Source: Haplodiscus bocki (Eukaryota). From it: a stretch of 64,000 bases of DNA. The notes beneath the pieces were generated by a model. That model saw only the letters and a list, made by a program, of their open reading frames with translations, did not search any database and had not been told where the DNA came from. The position numbers and the translations under genes are program-made. The stretch covers positions 102,238,001 to 102,302,000 of the forward strand of contig OZ296652.1 in NCBI GenBank assembly GCA_965655095.1, written 5' to 3'. Of the stretch, positions 1-11,643 are shown piece after piece (within the stretch, counting starts at the first letter, position 1; every line of letters starts with the position of its first letter).

Positions 1-730
1 GAATTCGATTATCGTCATGAAACGTTATTAGTAGCACTGTTCGGCATTTTCGGATCCTCATGATTCTGATGGAAGGATCAAAATCAATGACTTGGATATC
101 GAATGCTCCTCTACAAAAGTAAGGCATTCGTTTGAGAACTTGATGAAAGAAATCGGAGTTGTATTATCTGAGCAGCTGGAATTTGAAAATAGTGATAAAT
201 CTGCAAAGCTTTTTTTGGACGTTCAGGAACTTGACACATGGATAAAAAGGAGTGGATTTCTAATCAAATCCACCTCTACAAGTTTGAAAATTTCGATTGA
301 GGACCTTATGGGAGAAATCAAACCTGTAGTTGCTGAGTTTAGAGTTTGAATTTCGAGATAAATCATCATTAATAGTAATAACAACTTTCAGTTTTTGGGA
401 CTATCCTGACTTCGATGCAACGAACAAACTGATTGAATTTTTCAATCAAATCTCATTTTTCAGGTAAAGATTCCTTGATTGAGATCTTGATGGAAGAATT
501 CAACCCTGTAGTTACCGAGAAAAATAAGTGTGATTTTCGAGATTTTTCAATACTAGTAGCTTTTTTCGGAAATTTGGGACCATCAGGATTATGGCGCAAG
601 GCACAAATTCATTTTTTCGATGGAGTACTTTGGCATATTCAACAGGTTTCTGGTTGTGACCTACATGAAATAATTGAGCCTTTTATTTCCGGAGAAAAAA
701 GTTACCACTTAAAGGAATTTCAATACTGAT
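1..730 (+). repeat. Diverged tandem array of ~165-180 bp units (copy 1, may extend left of the window)
   Basis: Unit core recurs: TTGATGAAAGAAATC (~140), CTTATGGGAGAAATC (~305), TTGATGGAAGAATTC (~487). Bases 8-360 align with the reverse complement of 18925-19285. Confidence 0.7.
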
Positions 731-1128
731 TCCGCTCTTTAATATTCCTTTGATCTTGGGATCCTAGAACGACATGTTCCAGTAGAAATGTTTCATATTA
801 AATTTCTTTGACCCCGGAGAAATTAGGTTAGCAAAAAATGCTGATACCCTAAAATTGAAAAAAAATCAAATATTCATACCTTTGATTATTTTCAACTGAT
901 TCGTAAAGTTTTAACTTTTTTCGACCTTTTTGGAAAATCGAAAGTTTTTTGTCCATTTTTTCATAAATTATCGTGGAACGCCGATTTGATTCAGTTAGGT
1001 CAGAAAACGGATATTTTTCGAACAAAATAGAGTTGGAAAATCAAAAACTCTGAATTTTGTCAAAAAAACTTTTTGGTTTTGAAAAATGAGAATGCGTTAA
1101 CGAGTAGCTAAAAATAAGTTAAAAATTA

Positions 1129-1190
1129 TGGCCGAAAGCGGGATTCGAACCCGCCACCTCTGACTTCCTCACCGTGGTGACTCCCACACA
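1129..1190 (-). mobile_element. tRNA-derived (SINE-like) fragment
   Basis: Minus strand reads ...GGTGGCGGGTTCGAATCCCGCTTTCGGCCA: a T-arm/B-box (GGTTCGAATCC) with paired stem and a CCA-like end. No complete cloverleaf upstream. Confidence 0.5.
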
Positions 1191-1959
1191 TATGTATTAT
1201 TCAAGGCAATAACGGTTCTGCATTATGCGCGCGCATAAGTCGGAGCGTCATGGGCAGTTTCAGGAAAAGGAGAAAAAACTCCGACTGCTGAATTGAATGT
1301 TTTCGTTTCGAATTTTTGTCGACGGAAATAATAAACTACCGGATATTTCACAAGGACTACTTCATAAAAAGCTTCAATTTCCGAAGCAAATGCTTCTGGA
1401 AAGTTCTTTGCAAATGTGGAAACTGCAAGATTTGAAAAAGAGAGCCACAGATCCTATGAACTACACACGTACTGACTACGAAAGTCAAACAGACGCATGG
1501 GTATCCATACCCAAATTTCTCTACTATTAATACTTGTGTCTTTACTTGCTTGTTTTTTTTTGGGCTGCGCTTGGGATCAGAAACACTTATAACGACAGTT
1601 TCTATTTTACGTTACGCAGAATTTGTTGCATTTCCGGGAAAATTGCCTAAATCTCCGAGCCTTTAAGTGATTTTTTGGCGTCCAAATCTCGAAGCCTTTA
1701 AGTGAAATTTTTGGCAAAAATTTGTTAAACACAGCCTTTCTGGGCGATTCGGAGCTTAACTTTTTGTCCAGTATACAGTGCTTAACAAAAAGCCATACAC
1801 TCTGAAAGGAGTGAATAGAATTGCTGACGGTGTATTTGATAATTTCCGCCCATCTTATAATGTAGAAGGAAAATCATCCACTCAATACGCTCAAATCCGA
1901 CGTTTTTTCACGCTGATTTGCCCCTTCATAATGTTCGACTTCTAACGCTAATATCCGGT

Positions 1960-2200
1960 TCTTACTGTGATTTTTTCACAAAATTATAGCATCTTTGCCG
2001 TTGAATGCGTATCAAATGATAATTATTTTTGGAAGTTTTTTTCGCCTAAATTGAGGTTTTAGAAATTTGGAAAGTTTTTAGATTTCGAAAAGTTGGAAAA
2101 TTTGATAGTTTTCTTAAAATAACGCGTTTATTCTTCTAAAAAGGATCTTTAACAAAGTTAGAGGGCGGAAAAAATGCCGATGGTAGCCGGCCGTCTTCTT
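1960..2200 (+). repeat. Dispersed repeat family ending in GGTAGCCGGCCGTCTT (copy 1)
   Basis: The same terminal motif and an upstream TTTAACAAAGTTAGAGGGCGGAAAAAATGCCG-like block recur inverted at ~7225-7275, and related motifs occur at ~20085 and ~46725. Confidence 0.6.
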
Positions 2201-3424
2201 TTAATTAAGCAGCTCCTTCTACCTGTTCACATTTTTATAACAACCGAATTTTTTCTTTCGAAGTTTTTGTCAGGGATTATTTTTTATTTTACGTAGACAT
2301 AGTTTTTACACATTCTGTTTGGAAGGAAGAATGTCTATCAAAAACACTTTTTTTTAGTTTTTAACCTCTCCAAAATTTGAGTGTTGTGACACCATCAGTG
2401 AGTCTAATGGTGTGGTGGAAACGGACTCTGTTGAGACATGTTTAAATTGTACTTTTTAATTCCGCGTTCAAAAAGTAGATCTTTTTACACTTTCTCACTG
2501 AATGTGTACCGAAACTGCCTCATGCTTAGTCTTTTTATCTTGTCCAAAACTAGCAATTTTTGACGTCATCATAGAGTCTAACCATATAGTATAAATGTTC
2601 AAAAAAGACCTCTTTTTGGCAGGTACTTTTTCATTCTCGTTCATGATTGACGTATCATGATTTTTGGATATGAGACAGTGTGGCGTGGCATGTATTTTTC
2701 TCAATTTGGGTTTTTCAAACCAATGTTTTGAATTTGGCACAACAGCTTTGGAGGGCAAATGTTCATTTTCGGGTTGTTTGCTGCGTAAACCTCATAAACA
2801 TTGGACTGCTAACGGGCGTAATCTAAAGAACATCATTGACAGATTAAATTTTTGAGTATTAGACTGTGACATGTACTTGCCTTAATTTGACCTTTTCGAT
2901 AGAAACTTTTGATTGACAGCTAGTGTACTGATTTTAAAAGTGTCAATCACATGACCGATTGCAGTTGAAATGTCTTCCAGAGTCTTTGATCTCAACTGAC
3001 AACTCAATGTATCGCGAAGTTCCGCTTCCCCTCTGTGTTCACAAATAGCCTGTAAATCAGATGCTACATTTAGTGCTTCTGGGGACCTAATTCCAATCAC
3101 CTATGTCTCCTTGGGTCTATATTCCGGGAAAAAATTCTACGAAATCATATAGATCCAAAACGGAAAGTTTCGTCACCATAAAGCTTAAGCTTTACTCTTT
3201 CGCTTAGTTAGTTAATTGGGAAACGAGCTTTTTTCTGTAGAGTATTTGAGAAGTTTCTGAAGTTCTGTAGCGCTTGCAGTCGAAAGGAGTTGGAATCAAA
3301 GTGGATCTATGACATTATATTGAGCTTAACGCATTTAAAAGATGCAGAACAACGATACACATTATGCAAGGGGATATTAAACAAGTACAAAAATGACATG
3401 TTTTTTAGAATACAATTTCTGACA

Positions 3425-3487
3425 CTGAGCTAGTCTCGAACCCGTATTTACGACTTGGAAGCATTTTCTGCAACCCTCTAACTACCA
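3425..3487 (-). mobile_element. Degenerate tRNA-derived SINE head
   Basis: Minus strand GGTAGTTAGAGGGTT...CGGGTTCGAGACT has A-box-like and B-box-like motifs at tRNA spacing. Confidence 0.4.
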
Positions 3488-6400
3488 GAACACATTTTAT
3501 TTTCATGATTTTGCCCTAAAGTTTTAGGACCTTTTGGTCGTGAAAAATTCACTGGAATCGTCAGCCTTTTACTAAATATAAAGTGTCGACTGAATAATTC
3601 CTTAACTATAACGTTTAATTTCTTAGCCTAGTATCAGTTCAAAATCTGAGTTAAAATATCCTCAGTCAAAAGGCTGAGATCCTTAAAATTAGAGGATGAA
3701 ATTGGCTATTTTGTCTGCATATCCGTTTTCCATTTTAAATTATTTTATAGATTTCAATTTCAGAACGTGACCATTTTAGACGTAGGTGGTGCAATATTAA
3801 TAAAATGTTGTCTGGACTAATCAATTTTTAATTAGTGGTTATGATTACTTCAACACAAGTAGGTAGGGGATTTTGACCCAGCTGAATTTTAACATCCAGC
3901 TCTTTTAAGCATTGATTTTTACTAGTTAGTTCAGCTGTCTTATTGAAGGAGAGGTATTTATTGCATTGAAAAGATTGATTTTGAAAGAAGTGACTGGTGT
4001 ATTGTACATCTAGGACTTTATTGGCCATAGAAACAGAAAGGTGAGGGAATGTTTTGAATTGTTCGACTTACCATGGATTAATATTCATGCTTTTAACTCA
4101 TGGCTTCTTGGCCGCCTCTATTCTATCTTTCTATCAAGATCAGTTTGCACTTCCGATCTTTTCTAGTTTTATCACTGTCGTACACTCTTCAGCGTGTTGG
4201 GAATGATCTGCTAAACTGATGCGAAAAATAAAATTCATTCCGACAATGTTCATTCTTTCCTGTGACTCTAACAAAAACAATACATTCTCTTCACAAATGC
4301 CTGTTATTCAATTTTTGAAATCCCACATTCATCGCATTTTCACAATGATTTTTGAGATGTGCAGACTAATCTTTGAGTTAATGACAACTTGTACCCGAAA
4401 CTTCATCTAAAAGAATTTCTAATGTATACAATTCCATTTTGGGCCAAAAACGCTCATTATCGGGGCAAAGCGATTTTCCACGGATCCATAATTCAAATGA
4501 GTTTTCCATTCATACAATGAGAAGATTTTTCGATTTTTCATTGAATTTTTGCAAAAAAACATCGGAAAACTGTTCTTAGTTTTGAGTCTGTTTGTTGGAT
4601 GGATTGATTGATTGATTATATAAACCATTTGAAATAAATGATTCTTATCATTCGTTTTTGATCATTTGGTTGATCATGTGGTTGAAGACTCGTTTTTGTT
4701 TGTCTTGTTTCTGGTCTGAATTAATTCACACTTTTTCATCGTCGTCCTCTTCGTTTTTTTTTCACCTTCTCTTTCTTTTCTTTTTATCCAATCATAACGC
4801 AGCTCTGCTTGTTCTTATTTCAACATCACTCTCCACGTAATTACCCTTTCGAACACTTGTGACATGACACTCAAACTTTTATTCATCCGTCTGCCCAATA
4901 ATACCTCAGAGTTAACGTGTCCTTTGTTGAGAAGACTCAATTGGCAAGACGCCCGGCTGACTCCAAGATATTTTCCACCCTCCAAATACTTAGTCAAATT
5001 CCTTCAAAATAAATGGAAATAATAGTTTTCGACATATGATTCTCAAATAGCCGACTGCTCAATAAACCGATTGTTCTATGAGCCGAATTTAAAGTGTCTC
5101 ACAAATAATATTGGATGAGCTTACGAGATTCGGTAACATATGATTTCCGAGCGATGAGCGGGACTCAAATACACTACTGTGATGAAATGGAACACAAGGC
5201 CGTGAAAATGAAATGGGACACCTGGATATCTAAAAATCTTACAAGGAAGTTTCAGGAACAGAAGTTCTGGGATTTTTAAGTAGATTACAATGGTTTTTCT
5301 ACGAAAAAAATTGGATCAATATTATAGAAGACAGACTTTTACTCCTGGGCCATTTGTCAAAATATTTTTTGACAAGCTAAAAGCATTTCAACCCATTTGG
5401 CAAAAAATCTCTTTTCTGAGCCCAATATCCCTGAACTTCTGAAAACCAGAAAGTTTACTTTGCCTATAAAAATTTGTTGTTCCAAAGAAAATCGACTCTT
5501 TGCTTTTATAGAGAAATTTGCTTTCACATGCATTAAAATGAGGTATAGCATTTTTTTGCCAGCAACTTGTCGAATTTTTTTGCAAGTTTTGGCAGTTTGG
5601 AAAATTCAATTGTTCTACCAAGCCAGCCCGTGAGGTGGTAAGATATCGGCTCAGATTGAAAGAAGTTGAAAATATAGTTTCTTGGTTGAGCAAATATAAG
5701 ATTTCAAAAAAAATGTCACAAAGAACAGTTCAAAAGGGGTTTACAAACCACCTAATATCGGGACTTTCAAGTTTTTCAGATCAATTTTGTTGGAATAAAT
5801 TTTGAACGGCTAACAATAAAAAAGGTTATGTTAATTAAACCCTCGATAACTTTCTTACATTGACTATAAAACGACAAAAACTAAATTGTCTCATTCTCTT
5901 TTTTCACAGCCTCATTTTCCATCTCTTTATCACAGTACAGTAGTGTTTCAAAACAATGGAGTTTAAGAGCGTTCACTGACGCTATTAATCCAATACGATC
6001 TTGTTCTTTGCTCTCAATTTGCAATCCCATTAGTTAATATATGCCAGTTTTGCTAATCTCTATCGTTTTTTTTGAAGTTTGATCAAGTTTGAAATAACTT
6101 TTACGAGAAATTATGAACCACAAAAATTCCTTAGAGTTTCTTGAATCCTGTGATAAATTTTGATTGAAGAATTATTTTTAATTTACATAGATATGGCGCA
6201 TTATCAAATTACAGTTCTTAAAACCTGTGTAAAAACATGTAACTTCAATGTTCATTTAAAAACTAAGTATATTAATGGTTTCAAGATATTTTGAGAAACA
6301 TTTACGTACGAATTGTGTCTAAAAATTTTTTAATTGAGGCCTTAAGGTATCAAAAATACCCGAAATTTATTTAAAATTGTCCGGAAATGACCATTTCTAA

Positions 6401-7221
6401 CTTTTGCTGTATTAGTCACAAAATTTTGAAACAAAAACGATTGTAAACTGGATAAAAATCCAAGAAATTCTTCCTACCAAAAGTAACCATTTCGAATAGT
6501 TTCAGAGATAATGATGACTTCAGTTGGTCAATTTATGCATAGAAGTTCCATTTTTTCAAACCACTCTTGCGTGAGAAAATTAGTCCCAATATTGTCAACT
6601 AATAACGTTACACTTCGCTTATGACGTCTACCGGTTATAACGTAAATTTTTCAGGTCTCAAGAGTATCCTTGTATCAGTTGTCCACGGTACGATACAGGG
6701 ATGTGATTTTATTGCGTACTCAATAAAGGACTATTTTTTGTCGAAACGCGGTTTTTAAGACGTCGCATTTTTGCCCTAAATTGCCATGAAATATTTTCTT
6801 AGATATACATTTATTGGTTTTGAAAAGTTTCGTGAAGTCAAGTTCTTTAAAATTTGAATTACTTGATTTGCAAAAACCGTGTGTTTCGCCACGCAAATGC
6901 AATTTCGATGAGCTTTTAATGTGATTTCGTAATAGATTTCTGAAGTATTTCGGATACCAAGTACCAAGACCGGACTGCTCAAGTTGGCGTTGCCCGGAAG
7001 CCTTAAGTACGGGGTTTCTGCAAAAAGTGGGATTTCTGTAAACCACCAGAAACGGGTTCTTTTCAAGATTTCAGTGAAAAAAAAATAGTGTAAAGACTTT
7101 CAAAAAACAAACTTGGTCGCATTTTCTTGAGCAGTTCCACATAGCACTCATTCTCTGTGATAGAAAGAACTCTTCGGCGCGTTTTGATTTTAATGCTGCT
7201 CGAATTTTTGTTTCCATTTAC

Positions 7222-7555
7222 AAACAAGACGGCCGGCCACCACCGGCATATTTTTCGCCCTCCAACTTTGTTAAAGATGCTTTTTAGAAGGATAAAAGCT
7301 TTATTTTTAAGAAAACTATCAAATTTGCGAATTTGGAACCTTAAGAAATATAGAAATTTTCTGATTTTTTTGCAAAACCTCAATTTTGGCGAAAAAAAAA
7401 GACATTTAAAAATATGATTTGATACGCATTCTACAGCAAATTTGTCACATTTACTGGTTTTGAAAATAGTTCAAGTCTTTTGTAAAAAATTTTTTGAAAA
7501 AAAACACTCCGTACGTGTTTAAGAAATCTTTTTATTTCAGTCGCATTCTACGCCA
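7222..7555 (-). repeat. Dispersed repeat family (copy 2, inverted)
   Basis: AAGACGGCCGGCCACCACCGGCATATTTTTCGCCCTCCAACTTTGTTAAAGAT is the reverse-complement homologue of 2145-2200. It also carries the TCAGTCGCATTCTACG motif seen at 11822 and (inverted) at ~46476. Confidence 0.6.
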
Positions 7556-8148
7556 ATTATGCTATAATTTGGTGATAGAAAAATTTTAAGTTCAGAACCG
7601 TCGGACATTCGGACATTTTCAATTGGCAAGTAAACGCACATAATAAACGTTCGCGTTGAATGGAACATTTTCCTTCCATATTATAAATATGGCGGACAGT
7701 AATAAAAATTGATACATAATTTCTACTAAAAGCCCTTCTGTAATGGTCAAACAAACATTCTCAGCTGGCATGGTTATGATTTTTCTGATCTTTAATTGTT
7801 TGGATAAACCAGTAATCTGCTCTTGATTCCAAAAACGAATGCAAAATTAAAGGTTTTTAATTCGAAGACGATTGATTATCTGCCATTGATTGGTTTGAAA
7901 TGAGGCTAAAATTGGTATATATGAAATTCATTCAACTGTTTGAACAACGTTTCCTCAGCACAAAGCATGTGAAACGCTCTGTGGAAACGTTTTTCACTGT
8001 TCGACGGAATTGAACTTTCAATTCAAGTAAATTTGGGATTGAAGCAAAAGCGTGTGTCTCAGTGAATGTCTCAGTTTAACAAGCAGTTGAATCTTCGGTT
8101 TGATAGAGGCGGTGATATACAAGGAATTCAAGATCTATGTATTTTTAG

Positions 8149-10396
8149 AGCGCTCACCAATTTCGAAGAGAGCAAAGATGATTTTGTGGCACTTCTGGGT
8201 GACTTGAAACACGAGAACAACCCAACCGGTGATCACTCGTTCCCGGAGTTGACACCTTTTCCTGCTTCTGCTGGACCTTCTGGTGCAATGGTCACTCTGG
8301 AATCCATCCCCGCTCTGGAAATTGCCGAAAACTTGACCTTCATTGAGTACAAAGTATTCGCCGCAATTCCCTTCTGGTTAGAAAATTTAGTTGGTTTTTG
8401 TTTGGATGAGGTCGGTTGCTGCGTATTGACGCCGGTACTACTATTACTATCGTATAGGAATACATAGTTTTAGTCAAAATAGATTGAATACTGGACTTCA
8501 GCGGCTATATGAATACGAACTTAGGTTCGAGTTCTTGGGAAATCAGGGATTGTGCACGACAGTTCATCGACTTAGTGCTTCAGAACTTAGCGAGTTCAAA
8601 ATGTTTTTTAACTGCTGAGCTACCGAAGCAAAAAATGGTGATACTTTCTCAAGTTATCAATAAGATTAGATTTTTGCAAGCTGCCTTTTCCCAATTCGCA
8701 TACACCTAATTTTTTCGAAAAGACAGCTTACAAAAAATTTCCTATAAATCTACTAAGTTTCCCATGACGTTCCAAATAAACCCCCACGAAGTGATTTGGC
8801 AATAAAGTATCAAACGGGCACCTAGATTTTTTGAAGCTTTGCGGGCAGTGCCGATTCTCAGATTGTTTAACTATGGTCAGTGCAAAAAAACATAGGTGAA
8901 GTAGTGAACACCCGTTCCACTACTTGAATAAATAAAAGTACTCAGCAATGCTAAGACGGAGAAGCTGTTACTATACAGAATATCATAGATTTCATTTACG
9001 GCTCCAGAATTGAAATTAAACTGTTTCAGGGAGTTTTTCAACCAAGCTTGGGTGAAAGAAGACAAACATGAGAAGGCGCCTCGAATATTGTTGACCACCA
9101 AAAGATTCAATGACGTAACGCACTTTGCTTCTCTCAATCTAGTATTTGTAATTTGTACATGAAGGCAAAAGTAAATGTTTTGATTTGTTTGACAGGTTTC
9201 GACGTTGGTTGCGACCACAATTCTTCGCGAGCCGACTGAGAAGGGAAGAGCGTCTGTGATTGAGAAATGGGCTGGGGTCGCTGATGTGTGCAAGGGCATG
9301 CACAACTTCAATTCTGTGCTAGAAATCATCTCTGCTTTCGGAAGAACTCCCGTCTACCGTTTGAGAAAAACTTGGGACCGTGTATCAAAGCAAGTTAGTC
9401 AGTCTCATTCAAATGTAAAGATTTATGCATTACGTAGCTAGTAAAGAGCCCAATAGAACGCGTTTCTCAATCTTCGGATTTTGAAACTAAATCTCAAAAG
9501 GAAGCCAAAGTCTGAGTAGCAAAGCGTTCTCATGAGTCATCGGGGAAAAGTTTTTTTAGTCATCTTGAATTTTGGTTGATCAGTCATTGGTCATGAATAA
9601 AAACAATTGCATTGGTTAAAAAAATTCATTGTTTTGCGAAGTTCGATCACGGTAATAGAAGTGTTGCTGAACTTGAAATTAGTTTTGTTTTCCAGGCAAA
9701 GAGCACGATTGACAAACTGCAAAATTCGGTATCAACGGACGGGCATTTCAAGAACATGCGCGATGCCTTACACAAGTTAGTGATCTTTCAATCAGCTATC
9801 TCAAATAACCATTACATTTGAGGCAACCACTTTTCTGAGAGTTCGAAACATGCACTTTTCAACTTCGTGTGTTGTGTTAGGTGCGATCCGCCGGCCCTTC
9901 CTTATTTGGGCATGTACCTCACAGACTTGACCTTCATCGAGGACGGGACCCCCATGGTCACTGCAGACCGTCTCATCAACTTCTCCCGCATGCGAATGGT
10001 AAGATTGGAGATAGAGATTATCAACTTATATCCAGTGAAAAAACCGACCAAAAGAGACGTCTCCACTTGATTTTCAAATAGTCAAACTCAAAATTGCCTG
10101 TACAAAGAGCAGTGTGATGAAATAGGTGGTTCTATTGTTCCCAATATATATATATATATATATATATGACTTAGTATGTAGAAAAGAATTATTTGGCGTA
10201 GATAAGCAACGTGGTGCAAGAGATCCGACTTTACCAACAGACCCCCTACCAGGTGGAGTTGAAGTCAGACACCCTCAAGTGGCTTCTTCAGTCCGGACAT
10301 GTCTGGACAGAAGAACAGATGTACAACAAGTCTCTGGAACTGGAGCCTCGACCCACTCCTCAGACCAACTCAAACAGAACCACTCATAACTTGTGA
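8149..10396 (+). CDS. RASGRF: RasGRF-like Ras guanine-nucleotide exchange factor, 3' exons encoding the CDC25/RasGEF catalytic domain (5' exons not found in the window)
   Basis: Six GT-AG exons in consistent phase: 8149-8376, 9030-9114, 9196-9393, 9696-9775, 9881-9998, 10202-10396 (stop). Spliced product includes [144 protein letters not shown]. These are canonical CDC25-domain blocks; [20 protein letters not shown] and NFS.MRMIS point to the RasGRF subfamily. Confidence 0.92.
10144..10167. repeat. (TA)n microsatellite in the last RasGRF intron
   Basis: Uninterrupted ATATAT run. Confidence 0.9.
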
Positions 10397-11643
10397 ATGA
10401 ATTACTCGAATAACGCGGAGGAGAAGGACATTGAATAGAATAGAATGCGTCGCAAAAAAACTGATAAAGTGATATCTTCTGTCGAACAAAAACGAGTCAT
10501 CGTTTTAAATTGAATAAATGAATTTAAATTCTAAAACATTGAATTCTAAGTTTATATTGCAGGTAGTTTTCACTGGTTTATTTATAAATTTCCCATAGTT
10601 TTGGTATTGTTGTACGTATTGGTGTACATTTTATTTATTAATGTCAGTTGAAATTTTGGATTATTTGTAAATATTCTTTTGTTAGAAATGAAATGAATTA
10701 TGCGGAGTTTTTTCAATCCCTATCGTTTTCTAGGTTACTGAAATGTTTCTAAAAGCAATCAAATGTGGCCATATATTATGGTGGAGAAGCTCGAATTGCA
10801 AAAACATACTAGCAATTAAACAAAAGTTTCCAAACTTGATACAAGCAAAAGTAGATTGCCTTCATAGTCACTTAGTGTTTCGACATTCCACAATCTTCCG
10901 AAATTCTTCGCTGGAAATTCGTGTAAGATTTTCTTCGAATTCGTGCTCACAACTCAAATCATTTTTCGCGGCTGGAGAAAAATTCGAAAATATAAAATGC
11001 TTGACAATTGGGCTAAAAAGTGTTGAGGAAAAAATGTCGTTTCGGTGTCAAAATTGTGCTTCGGTGTGAGCTACAGGATTGATGGTGCGTTTTGTGGATA
11101 GGAATAATCTGATATTTTGGCAAACTTCTTGACAGCTCGCATGAATCGATTTCACAGCCTCTCTCAAGGAAATTTTCAAATGTCCGGATTTAGAGTCACA
11201 GAAATATCAAGGCTTAGGACAGCACAGTCAAACAAAAGATTCGATCTCGATATCTTTGAAGGGAGGTAATGTTGAACAGATATTTTGAGAACCTAAAAGT
11301 TGGCCCTTTATCAAGAACTATTAAGAGTTGGGTTAAGACCGAGACCTGACAGTTAAAATGTTGATTCAACAGCCGGGCTCAATTGTAAAGATATGTGCGT
11401 AACTTTTCGTACTGAATAAACATGCATTGAGTATTCCGTTTTTGCAGAATTAATTCGGGTTCTGAGATCTTGCACCACTAAAACTAGGATATGAAGCATC
11501 ACACTGATTGTTATAGTAGACGAAGGCTGATGGACTTTGACCGTTGAAGGAAGATACAGGATGTCCATCAAATTTACTTTTTACAAGGACTCTCAACGGA
11601 ACTTTTGGCTGGACAAGCAAGCTTGAGGCACAGCATCACTACG

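Noticed and set aside
1129-1190. Functional tRNA gene
   Set aside because: Only the T-arm and 3' end are tRNA-like; there is no D-arm or acceptor-stem partner, so it is treated as a SINE-like relic.
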